Source: an uncultured bacterium
Lineage (GTDB): Bacteria > Auribacterota > JACPWU01
Assembly (NCBI GenBank): GCA_964640155.1
Contig: CAZXEQ010000003.1
Location: forward strand, 12,089 to 44,088
Direction of reading: 5' to 3'
DNA length: 32,000 nucleotides
Part shown: one piece after another, positions 24,666-32,000 of the stretch
Layout: each line of letters begins with the position of its first letter
Numbering within the stretch: position 1 is the first letter of the stretch
The notes under the pieces: model-generated
Databases searched by the model: none
Seen by the model: only the letters and a program-made list of their open reading frames with translations
What the model was told of the DNA's origin: nothing
Program-made: the position numbers and the translations under genes

Positions 24666-27080
24666 ATGGGGGACGCTATGTCCAAGATGGAGACTTTCAA
24701 GCAGGTCTTTAAAATCTTCCTATTAACCTCGGTTTACTTTGTTGTTGGAAAATTTAGTCTTGCTCTGGCAACCCTCAATCCAAGTTCTTCCGCTGTTTGG
24801 CCAGCATCTGGCATTGCTGTCGCATCTTTGGTTCTTGGGGGATGGCGTTTGTGGCCGGGAGCATTTTTAGGTGCTTTTGCAGTGAATGTGCTGACAGCTG
24901 GAAATGTTTGGACTTCCCTGGGCATTGCTACTGGAAATACTTTAGAGGCGATGACTGCTTCTTTTTTAATTCATCGGTTTTGCGGTGGAATAAAAACTTT
25001 TGATCGTACGACGGGTATTTTTAAATTCACTTTGCTTGCGGGCCTTTTAAGTTCAGGGTTAGCTGCTTCTATAGGTGTTACTTCTCTGTGGCTAGGTGGT
25101 TTTGTATTGTGGAATCAATTCAGTGCAGTTTGGTTTACCTGGTGGTTGGGTGATGCGGTAGGAATTTTGGGAATAGCTTCTTTACTTATTCTTTGGGTTT
25201 ACCCTTCATCATTTTCGTGGAAATGGAAAAAGGCTTTAGAAGCAGTTCTTTTGGTCGGTTTGATGTTTTGTTTGGGGCAAATTGTTTTTGGGGATTGGGC
25301 CTTTGATATGGGAAGCCACTATCCCTTAAGTTTTTCTTTTATTCCTTTTATGATTTGGGCGGGCTTGAGATTTAGTCAAAGAGAATGTGCAACTTTACTG
25401 TTTCTTCTTGCAGCGCATTCGATTTACGGAACGTTATTGGGATATGGTCCGTTTGTACGAGCGACATCTAATGAATCACTTCTTTTATTACAAAGTTTTA
25501 TTGGGACGATGTCTGTGACCGCTTTGTCTTTGGCTGCAACGGTGTCGGAAAGGAGAGTTGCGGTACGAGGTCTTAAGGCTGCTCAAATTAATCTTGAACG
25601 TGGTATGAAAGAATTAAAGCAAGCGGAAGAAAAGTTCAGGCTTTCAGTTGAAGCTGCTCCCAATGCCATGGTGATGGTTGATGAAAAGGGACATATCGTG
25701 ATGGTTAATTCTGAAGCAGAAGCACTTTTTGGATATCCAAGAGAGGAGCTTTTAGAAAAAAATGTTGAAATGCTTATTCCTGAACGAGCTGTAGGAAAGC
25801 ATGCAACATTTCGAGAGGAGTTTATAAAGAATCCTCAAGCCCGTGCGATGGGCGTGGGACGTGATCTTTTTGGTCTGACAAAAGATGGAACGGAAGTCCC
25901 CATCGAAATTGGATTGAACCCAATACGCATGGATGATCAAATTTATGTTTTAGCAGCTATTATTAATATTACAGAACGTAAGCGCATTGATGAAATGAAA
26001 AGCGAATTTATTTCAACAGTGAGTCATGAACTTAAAACCCCCTTGACTTCAATTCAAGGTTCGCTTGATTTAATTTCAAGCGCACAAGCTCAATTGCCTG
26101 AACACATTCGAAATCTTATTCAAATTGCAACGCGAAATAGTTCAAGGTTGGTCAGAATTGTGAATGATATTTTAGATATTCAAAAAATGGAAGCTGGTAA
26201 AATTTCTTTTTCGATGAAGACTGTTAATCTTGCTCATATTGTAGAACAGGCTGTAGAGTCAACTCGGCTTTATTTGGTATCCGCCAAAGTCAAAATTATG
26301 GTTGAAAATCTTGTACAAGTTCATGTCCAGGCAGACGCAGACCGTCTGATGCAGGTTTTGGATAACTTGATTTCTAATGCGGTGAAGTTTTCTCCATCAG
26401 GAGGAGAAGTAAAGATTAGCATGAAGGAGCAAGATGGGCATATCCGTGTGAGTGTGAATGATCAAGGGCCGGGGATTCCAGAAGAATTTCGCCACCAGCT
26501 TTTTCAGAAATTTTCTCAAGCTCATACAGAAACACGCAGCCGAGGAGGTACGGGACTTGGACTTTGGATTACTAAAGTCATTATTGAGCAGCATGGAGGG
26601 AAAATTGGTTTTGAATCTCCATCGGTGGGTGGCACAACCTTGTTTTTTGATTTACCTATTTACGATCAAGCAGAATCAGAAAAAAAATCAATGGAAGGGG
26701 AATCAGGTTTACGTGCTTTGGTGTGTGAAGATGAAGATGATGTTTCTATGCTTTTAAGTCTTATCTTAAAAGAAGCAGGATTTACAATTGAGATTGCACG
26801 TACCGCAGGGGAGGCCAAATCTCTTTTAACAAAGCAGCATTTTGATGTTATGACCTTGGATCTTGCTTTGCCAGATCAAGATGGTATTTCTTTGGTTCGA
26901 GACCTGCGAAAGATAGAAGCAACTCAAGAGCTTCCCATTGTGGTAGTTTCAGCCAAGGCTCATCAAGTTTTTAGAGAAACACGACATGATGCTTTGGGTA
27001 TTGTTGAATGGATTGAAAAGCCGATACATCCAGATCATTTCGTCGCTTCAGTACGACAAGCTGCGATGATGAAAAAATAA
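24666..27080 (+). CDS. Hybrid sensor histidine kinase: MASE1 membrane domain, PAS, HisKA, HATPase_c, C-terminal receiver
   Basis: The ~290-aa polytopic N-terminus includes the MASE1-like WWLGDAVGIL. PAS: AAPNAMVMVDEKGHIVMVNSEAEALFGY. H-box SHELKTPLTS, G1 DQGPGIP, G2 GGTGLGLWI. Receiver: ALVCEDEDD...DVMTLDLALPDQDG...VVSAK. Confidence 0.9.
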   Translation: MGDAMSKMETFKQVFKIFLLTSVYFVVGKFSLALATLNPSSSAVWPASGIAVASLVLGGWRLWPGAFLGAFAVNVLTAGNVWTSLGIATGNTLEAMTASFLIHRFCGGIKTFDRTTGIFKFTLLAGLLSSGLAASIGVTSLWLGGFVLWNQFSAVWFTWWLGDAVGILGIASLLILWVYPSSFSWKWKKALEAVLLVGLMFCLGQIVFGDWAFDMGSHYPLSFSFIPFMIWAGLRFSQRECATLLFLLAAHSIYGTLLGYGPFVRATSNESLLLLQSFIGTMSVTALSLAATVSERRVAVRGLKAAQINLERGMKELKQAEEKFRLSVEAAPNAMVMVDEKGHIVMVNSEAEALFGYPREELLEKNVEMLIPERAVGKHATFREEFIKNPQARAMGVGRDLFGLTKDGTEVPIEIGLNPIRMDDQIYVLAAIINITERKRIDEMKSEFISTVSHELKTPLTSIQGSLDLISSAQAQLPEHIRNLIQIATRNSSRLVRIVNDILDIQKMEAGKISFSMKTVNLAHIVEQAVESTRLYLVSAKVKIMVENLVQVHVQADADRLMQVLDNLISNAVKFSPSGGEVKISMKEQDGHIRVSVNDQGPGIPEEFRHQLFQKFSQAHTETRSRGGTGLGLWITKVIIEQHGGKIGFESPSVGGTTLFFDLPIYDQAESEKKSMEGESGLRALVCEDEDDVSMLLSLILKEAGFTIEIARTAGEAKSLLTKQHFDVMTLDLALPDQDGISLVRDLRKIEATQELPIVVVSAKAHQVFRETRHDALGIVEWIEKPIHPDHFVASVRQAAMMKK

Positions 27081-27097
27081 AAGAGAATTCTATTGCG

Positions 27098-28417
27098 ATG
27101 ATCATAAAAATTTTTAATTTTCTAAAACATGACATTTGGCGTATTCGTGTTCAAAAACTGCCTCGATATAAATATTTTCCTCTTCGATTGCTGAGAGTTT
27201 TTCTTCTGGCATTGAGAGGTTTTGCTGAAAATAAATGTCAACTTTGGGCTTCAGCCTTAACCTTTTATACTCTTTTTTCAATTGTCCCTATCGTGGCCAT
27301 GGCTTTTGGAGTAGCCAAGGGATTTGGTTTAGAGAAAAACCTCGAAGTATTAATTACAGAAAAGTTGCATGGACAAGAAGAAGTTATTCAATGGATTATC
27401 AAATTTTCAAAATCTTTTTTAGCCAATGCCAAAGGAGGATTGATTGCGGGCATCGGTGTGGCCGTTCTTTTTTGGACTTCTATTAAAGTGCTTGGAAATA
27501 TTGAAGATGCTTTTAATGAGATTTGGGGGATTAAAAAAGCAAGGAGTTGGGTTAGAAAAGTAAGTGATTATCTTTCCGTGATTATTGTTTGTCCACTTCT
27601 CCTTATTGTTTCAAGCAGTTTAACTCTTTTTATCACTCGTCAGATTACTTTGATTACAGGGAATATTTCTTTTTTAGGCGGTTTTAATACTCTTATCTCA
27701 CCTCTTTTTAGTTTGCTCCCTTATATGATGGTATGGATGGTCTTTACATTTTTCTATAAATTTATTCCCAATACGAAAGTGACTTTTAAGAGCGCAGCAT
27801 TAGCAGGAATTATTGCCGGAACTTTATATCAAATTGTTCAATGGGCCTATTTTTATTTTCAAATAGGAGTTACTAATTATAACGCTGTCTATGGAAGTTT
27901 TGCAGCTTTACCCTTATTTTTAGTCTGGTTACAATTTAGCTGGTTGGTGGTGCTTTTTGGTGCAGAAATTTCTTTTGCAGTAGATAATGAGCATACGTAT
28001 GAGTTTGAAAAAGATTGTTTAGATGCAAGTATTCACTTTAAAAGATTATTGGCTTTACGTATTGCAGAACTAAGTGTGAAAAATTTTGTTCTGGCAGAAA
28101 AACCATGGAGTGCAGTGGAACTGTCTCATCAACTTGAAGCGCCTATTCGTTTGATTCGTGAAATGTTGCGAGAGCTTGTGAATGCAAAAATACTGGTGGA
28201 AATTCGATCGACCCCGGAAGCAATAGAATTTTATCAACCTGCTCAAGATGTTCAGAATCTCACCATAGGTCGAGTCTTAGATTTGTTGGACCACTCTGGT
28301 TATGACAATGTTTGTATGGTGAAAGAAGAGGAGTTAAAGAAAATTTCTGAACAATTATTCTTGGTCAAGCGTTGTGTTGAAAATTCCAAAGAAAATATCC
28401 TCCTTAAAGATCTCTAA
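27098..28417 (+). CDS. YihY/BrkB-family inner-membrane protein with a C-terminal winged-helix-like extension
   Basis: CQLWASALTFYTLFSIVPIVAMAFGV and YGSFAALPLFLVWLQFSWLVVLFGAEISFA are family hallmarks. About 130 additional soluble residues follow at the C-terminus. Confidence 0.85.
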   Translation: MIIKIFNFLKHDIWRIRVQKLPRYKYFPLRLLRVFLLALRGFAENKCQLWASALTFYTLFSIVPIVAMAFGVAKGFGLEKNLEVLITEKLHGQEEVIQWIIKFSKSFLANAKGGLIAGIGVAVLFWTSIKVLGNIEDAFNEIWGIKKARSWVRKVSDYLSVIIVCPLLLIVSSSLTLFITRQITLITGNISFLGGFNTLISPLFSLLPYMMVWMVFTFFYKFIPNTKVTFKSAALAGIIAGTLYQIVQWAYFYFQIGVTNYNAVYGSFAALPLFLVWLQFSWLVVLFGAEISFAVDNEHTYEFEKDCLDASIHFKRLLALRIAELSVKNFVLAEKPWSAVELSHQLEAPIRLIREMLRELVNAKILVEIRSTPEAIEFYQPAQDVQNLTIGRVLDLLDHSGYDNVCMVKEEELKKISEQLFLVKRCVENSKENILLKDL

Positions 28418-28463
28418 AATTTTTAATCTCTCCAGTAAAATCTGATTGTTGATTCATATGCAT

Positions 28464-28496
28464 AAAAGTGTGTCCTTTATAAAATAAGGGGGACAC
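28464..28496. repeat. Second copy (opposite orientation) of the ~33-nt arm motif of the 11839-11961 palindrome
   Basis: AAAAGTGTGTCCTTTATAAAATAAGGGGGACAC. Its reverse complement GTGTCCCCCTTATTTTATAAAGGACACACTTTT matches GTGTCCCCCGTATTTATGAAGGACACACTTTT at 11931-11962, apart from the AT-rich spacer. Internal stem GTGTCC (28470-75) / GGACAC (28491-96). Confidence 0.55.
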
Positions 28497-28515
28497 AAGA
28501 ATCTGTCGAATTGTT

Positions 28516-28549
28516 TTAGACAAACAACAACCCTGTCAGTATAATACTG
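28516..28549 (+). promoter_or_regulatory. Candidate sigma70-type promoter of the opgH-like operon, with a 13-nt palindrome overlapping the -10
   Basis: TTAGAC (28516-21), an 18-nt spacer, then TATAAT (28540-45). CAGTATAATACTG (28537-49) is a perfect 6+1+6 palindrome. RBS GGGAGGGGA lies before the ATG at 28574. Confidence 0.4.
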
Positions 28550-28573
28550 GCTTGCAAAAGTGGGAGGGGATTT

Positions 28574-30394
28574 ATGGAAAATTTAGACTCTGTTTTTTCG
28601 ATTCGTAAAAATCATTGGGAATATAGATTTTTTCATCTTCTTTTAGTAGGCATTTTAACAATCACTTATTTTTTCTCATTTAAATGGAATTTGATCTATT
28701 CTGTCCCTCTAGTTATTCTCTTCGCTTATGCTGTTTCAACACCTACCATCCTCTTTTTAAGCTTTATCTACTATCTTCGAACACGACCCCTTCTTTTAGC
28801 TGCTAGAGAAGATATATTAACGAATGGGCTTTCTGAAAATCTTAAAGTTGCTTTCTTTCGTCCCGTGTTTGCCAAAACAACAGGGGAAATGGATACATTA
28901 CTGAATAGCATGAAGCAAGACATGATCAATAATCAGGAGTTAGGAAAAAATCTAAAATATATTGTCATTGATAATACGCGTGATGAAGCTGTAAAAACCT
29001 ATACACAACAAGCCATTAGCACTCTTCAACAGGAGTTTGGCCAAGATGTGGTATTTTATTTTCATAGAAATGTAAAATGTGATTTTTTTAAGAAGTTGGG
29101 GATTTACATGGATACGCTTTTGCTTCTTTATGAAGGCAAGACACGTCCCAGTGTTTATACCCAAGCTAAATGGGATACCTGGACAAAAGGAACACGCCCT
29201 ATCAATGAGCCTCTTTTTGATGTGGTTTTGGGAGATGTGAATGGGTTGGGTTTACAAGGAAGTAAGGAAGATATTCTTGCAGGCAAAGATGTCATCATTG
29301 ATCCTCAAGGAAGAGTTGAACTTGCTTTTGTTTCAGATGCAGATAACGTATGGCCAAAAGGTGAAGTGAAGAAGCTTATTGCAAAAATGCTGCATCCTGA
29401 AAATCGAAACATTTCAATTTATCAGCCAACGATTCGTGTTTCCAATCCCAATGAAAATCCTTTTATCAAATGGACAGTTTTAAATCGTGAGTTTGTGATT
29501 CGTCTTCAAGCGGTGGTGAGATGGCGGCTTTTTCATTATTCTCCTTTTTATGGAAAAGGGGCGATGAAACTGGATAATTATATTCGAGAAATTATTCATG
29601 CAGAAAAACTTCATCCGGGTAAAGCTGCAAGCCATGATTTTCAGGAATCTCTTTGGACGCCAACAGTTTTAGTGGAAGATGTTTATATTGATGAAAAAAC
29701 ATTTTCAAATAAAATTGCTGAGCTTAAACGTGATGCCCAATGGCGCTGGGGCGATTTGGAAACAGTTCGACAATACTTCTGGAAACCTTTTGAAATTGGG
29801 CGTAAAACACATCTTTATATTCTTTTAAGAGGAATTCTGGGGGATTTAGTTTTAGCTTTATGGCTTTTAGGTATGACAGTAGGATTGATGTTGCCAAGTC
29901 TTGTGAAGTTTCAAAGCACGGTTCTTTTTTCTCTTACTTTCTTTTTAATTCTGATGTTTCTTTATTTAATTCCTCGTTTTATTTTTCAATTTATCGATGA
30001 GGGTTTGGAAAATAGATATGGTGTTCTGCCTCGTATTTTCAAGAATCGTAATCCTTTTAAAATTATTTTAGATGGTTTTTTTGAAACATCTATTACGGTA
30101 TTTGTTCATTCCCTAGATCTTTTATACAAACCTCGGGCCTGTGTCCAAAATTTAATGAATCAGATCAAGGGAAAACCTTTTGTTTGGAAAACTGGCGCCA
30201 TGGCAGAAATTGAAACAGCTCAAATGGGGCTGGTTCAAATCTATCGAAGTTTATATGTGGCAGTGATTGTGGGAGGTGTTCTTGCGATAGGTATTTTTGC
30301 TGGTATTTTCCCAAGCTCGTTAAGTCTTATTCTTGCTCCTTTTATGATTTCATTTTTAGTGGGTCCTCTTTTGATTTGGCTGACAAGAAAATAA
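28574..30394 (+). CDS. opgH: OpgH/MdoH-family membrane glucosyltransferase (GT2), compact divergent form
   Basis: Motif-by-motif correspondence to E. coli OpgH as I recall it: [20 protein letters not shown] ~ [29 protein letters not shown] ~ [17 protein letters not shown] ~ IIQSSPKAS; FYGKGAM ~ [15 protein letters not shown] ~ [22 protein letters not shown] ~ ELKRDRRWCHGNLM. TM helices lie at the N-terminus (residues ~20-75) and the C-terminus (~410-606). Confidence 0.75.
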   Translation: [606 protein letters not shown]

Positions 30395-30458
30395 TTTTCT
30401 TTTTTATAGATATTTCTTTTGACTAGAGACGGATCACTGAAGATAGGTGATTTAGCTT

Positions 30459-31274
30459 ATGTATGAATCTTTTTACAATCTCAAAGAAAACCCTTTCAAT
30501 ATTACGCCCGATCCTACTTTTTTTTTCTTAAGCCGTCGTCATCAGGAAGCCCTTTCTTCCCTCATTTACGGGATTAAGGCAAAAAAAGGTTTTATTGAAA
30601 TTACGGGCGAGGTGGGGTCTGGGAAGACAACACTTTGTCGATGTCTTTTAAATTCCCTAGATGCGAGCGTCAAAACAGCTTTGATTTTAAATCCCCATCT
30701 TTCAGATCAGCAAATGATTCGCACGATTGTGGAAGAGTATGGAATTAAACCTAAATCCTATAACAAAAAAGATCTTTTTGATGCGCTGAATCATTTTCTT
30801 TTGGAAGAGCTCTCATTAGGGAACAATGTTGTTTTAATCATTGATGAAGCTCAAAACTTAAGACCCGCTCTTTTAGAACAGATTCGTATTCTTTCAAATT
30901 TAGAAACGGACAAGGAAAAGCTTCTTCAAATTATTTTGGTGGGGCAGCCTGAGCTTAGAGAAACTTTATCCAAGCCCAATCTTCGTCAATTGCGTCAAAG
31001 AATTTCAGTTCGATATCATTTAACCCCTTTGAGTAGTGAAGAGACAAAAGCTTATATAGAACATCGTTTAAAAATAGCAGGTGCTTCTGAAGAGTTGAAA
31101 TTTACAGCCCAGGCATTGGAGTGGATATTTCAGTATACAAAGGGAATCCCACGTTTGATCAATATTGTTTGTGATAAAACACTTTTAGTCGGGTTTGTTG
31201 CAGAAAGCCATGAGATACAAGGTGCTTTCGTTCAACAAGCTATTGAAGAAGTAGAAGGGATTGTAAAAGCATGA
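30459..31274 (+). CDS. gspA: ExeA/GspA-type AAA+ ATPase (short form, no peptidoglycan-binding domain; also resembles MshM / PEP-CTERM-locus ATPases)
   Basis: YESFYNLKENPFNITPDPTFFFLSRRHQEALSSLIYGIKAKKGFIEITGEVGSGKTTLCRCLL is the canonical ExeA N-terminus plus Walker A. Walker B is VVLIIDEAQNL. GIPRLINIVCDKTLL is also present. Confidence 0.85.
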   Translation: MYESFYNLKENPFNITPDPTFFFLSRRHQEALSSLIYGIKAKKGFIEITGEVGSGKTTLCRCLLNSLDASVKTALILNPHLSDQQMIRTIVEEYGIKPKSYNKKDLFDALNHFLLEELSLGNNVVLIIDEAQNLRPALLEQIRILSNLETDKEKLLQIILVGQPELRETLSKPNLRQLRQRISVRYHLTPLSSEETKAYIEHRLKIAGASEELKFTAQALEWIFQYTKGIPRLINIVCDKTLLVGFVAESHEIQGAFVQQAIEEVEGIVKA

Positions 31275-31834
31275 GTGTTATTAGCGAGGCTTTAAAAAAA
31301 GTAGCTCAAGAACGGGGAAAAGAACAAGAATGGCTTCCGAAGGAATTTAAATCAACTCCTCTCAAAACCGATTTTTCAAAAAAAGAAATTTTAGAAAAGA
31401 AATGGATGGGCGAGAAAAAACAGAAAAACTTTTTATCAAAAAAGAAATATTATATTTTGTTTTTTGTTTTAGGATTGATTGCTTTGGGGACAGCTGTTTT
31501 TAGAGATTTAGAAAACAGAAAATATCAGATAAGTACCGCAGATTCGAAAGTGTTTTCTTTGAAGCCTTTGACGTCTTCTTTGTCAAAAGAAAAGACTTTT
31601 TCTAGCTTTAAAGAGAGAGATTCCTCTGGTTCGTCCAAGCAGGTTTCTGACGGTGGAGAATTTCCTCTTATTGAACTCACCGGTATTATGATGGAAAATC
31701 CTCCGCGTGCTTTGGTTAATGGGCAATTTGTCATGGTAGGGGATAAAGTGAATGGAGTGAAAATATTAAAAATTTATTCGGATCATGTTGTGTTTCGTTT
31801 TCAAAAGAAAAATTTTAAAAAATTTATCTTTTAA
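31271..31834 (+). CDS. gspB: GspB/ExeB-like bitopic membrane protein
   Basis: The start overlaps the exeA-like stop (ATGA at 31271-31274). The N-terminus MSVISEALKKVAQERGK resembles MSYILDALRKSE of GspB. There is a single TM, YYILFFVLGLIALGTAVF. The C-terminal LTGIMMENPPRALVNGQFVMVGDKVNGVKILKIYSDHVVF is T2SSB-like. Confidence 0.65.
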   Translation: MSVISEALKKVAQERGKEQEWLPKEFKSTPLKTDFSKKEILEKKWMGEKKQKNFLSKKKYYILFFVLGLIALGTAVFRDLENRKYQISTADSKVFSLKPLTSSLSKEKTFSSFKERDSSGSSKQVSDGGEFPLIELTGIMMENPPRALVNGQFVMVGDKVNGVKILKIYSDHVVFRFQKKNFKKFIF

Positions 31835-32000
31835 TCTTTTGAAGAAAAGATGGAGAATAAACCTAGAATCCATTCTGCAAATACAAAAGCAAAGTCTGCA
31901 AACCGTCTAGCAGGATTTTTCAAGTCAAAGGTTTTCCCTTCTACTTTAATGGCAATGATTCTTCCTAGAAGAGATGATTGTTCGGTAAGATGGATTTTAG
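31831..32000 (-). CDS. Possible 3' end of a convergent gene (partial), strand uncertain
   Basis: Hand translation of the minus strand is open from the window edge to a TAA at 31833..31831: ...KIHLTEQSSLLGRIIAIKVEGKTFDLKNPARRFADFAFVFAEWILGLFSIFSSKD*. The plus strand also has an open frame from ATG 31850 (MENKPRIHSANTKAKSANRLAGFF...). I cannot decide between them from 170 nt. Confidence 0.3.
   Translation of the reverse strand, partial: KIHLTEQSSLLGRIIAIKVEGKTFDLKNPARRFADFAFVFAEWILGLFSIFSSKD

Noticed and set aside
30459-31834. Calling a type II secretion system from the GspA/GspB-like pair
   Set aside because: No GspC-M, secretin, pseudopilin or GspE ATPase is in the window. ExeA-like ATPases also occur in MSHA pilus and PEP-CTERM/EPS loci, so only the protein families are called.

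Overview
This is a visibly AT-rich bacterial window (GC not computed). The organism is clearly diderm, since the window encodes outer-membrane barrels, BON/OsmY, OpgH and GspA/B-like proteins. I support about 27 protein-coding genes, one frameshifted pseudogene and one small unlisted ORF. I found no rRNA, tRNA, CRISPR array, transposase, integrase or phage gene. All functional calls rest on hand translation and motifs recalled from memory; no homology search was run.

Gene content, left to right:
1. 1-3640: a divergent pair of secreted GH144/DUF3131-like (beta-1,2-glucanase-type) proteins, each fused to a different carbohydrate-binding module.
2. 3669-4020: a frameshifted four-helix-bundle (23S-rRNA-IVS/Avd-family) gene, bracketed by inverted repeats, sitting between two convergent stop codons.
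3. 4060-11741, minus strand: a small secreted protein, a 490-aa outer-membrane barrel, and an 1835-aa surface protein (2x CBM-like, DUF11, SdrD-B, Ig-like, ~900-aa C-terminal barrel).
4. 11839-11961: a GC-rich 123-nt imperfect palindrome in a divergent promoter region. Its arm motif recurs at 28464-28496.
5. 12031-14761: a HlyD / ABC / ABC-2 efflux operon.
6. 14780-16662: a TreT-like trehalose synthase translationally coupled to a DUF5752-like protein.
7. 16793-19542: an OmpR-type response regulator and histidine kinase co-operonic with a DUF3568-like lipoprotein and an unlisted DUF3096 mini-protein.
8. 19748-22233: a stress operon led by a 67-aa protein with two classical-spacing C2HC zinc fingers, followed by an acidic secreted protein, DUF2383, a 3x BON protein, a hairpin, and Fe/Mn-SOD.
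9. 22419-28417: an MMPL/RND exporter, a MASE1-PAS hybrid histidine kinase, and YihY/BrkB.
10. 28574-31834: a compact OpgH-family glucan synthase with no opgG in the window, followed by a translationally coupled ExeA(GspA)/GspB-like pair.

The best candidates for something undescribed are:
- the OpgH-like + ExeA/GspB module, together with the GH144-like glucanases (a possible alternative periplasmic beta-1,2-glucan system);
- the CBM-fused giant barrel with its partner outer-membrane protein;
- the shared GTGTCC...GGACAC element upstream of two envelope operons;
- the bacterial tandem C2HC zinc-finger protein.
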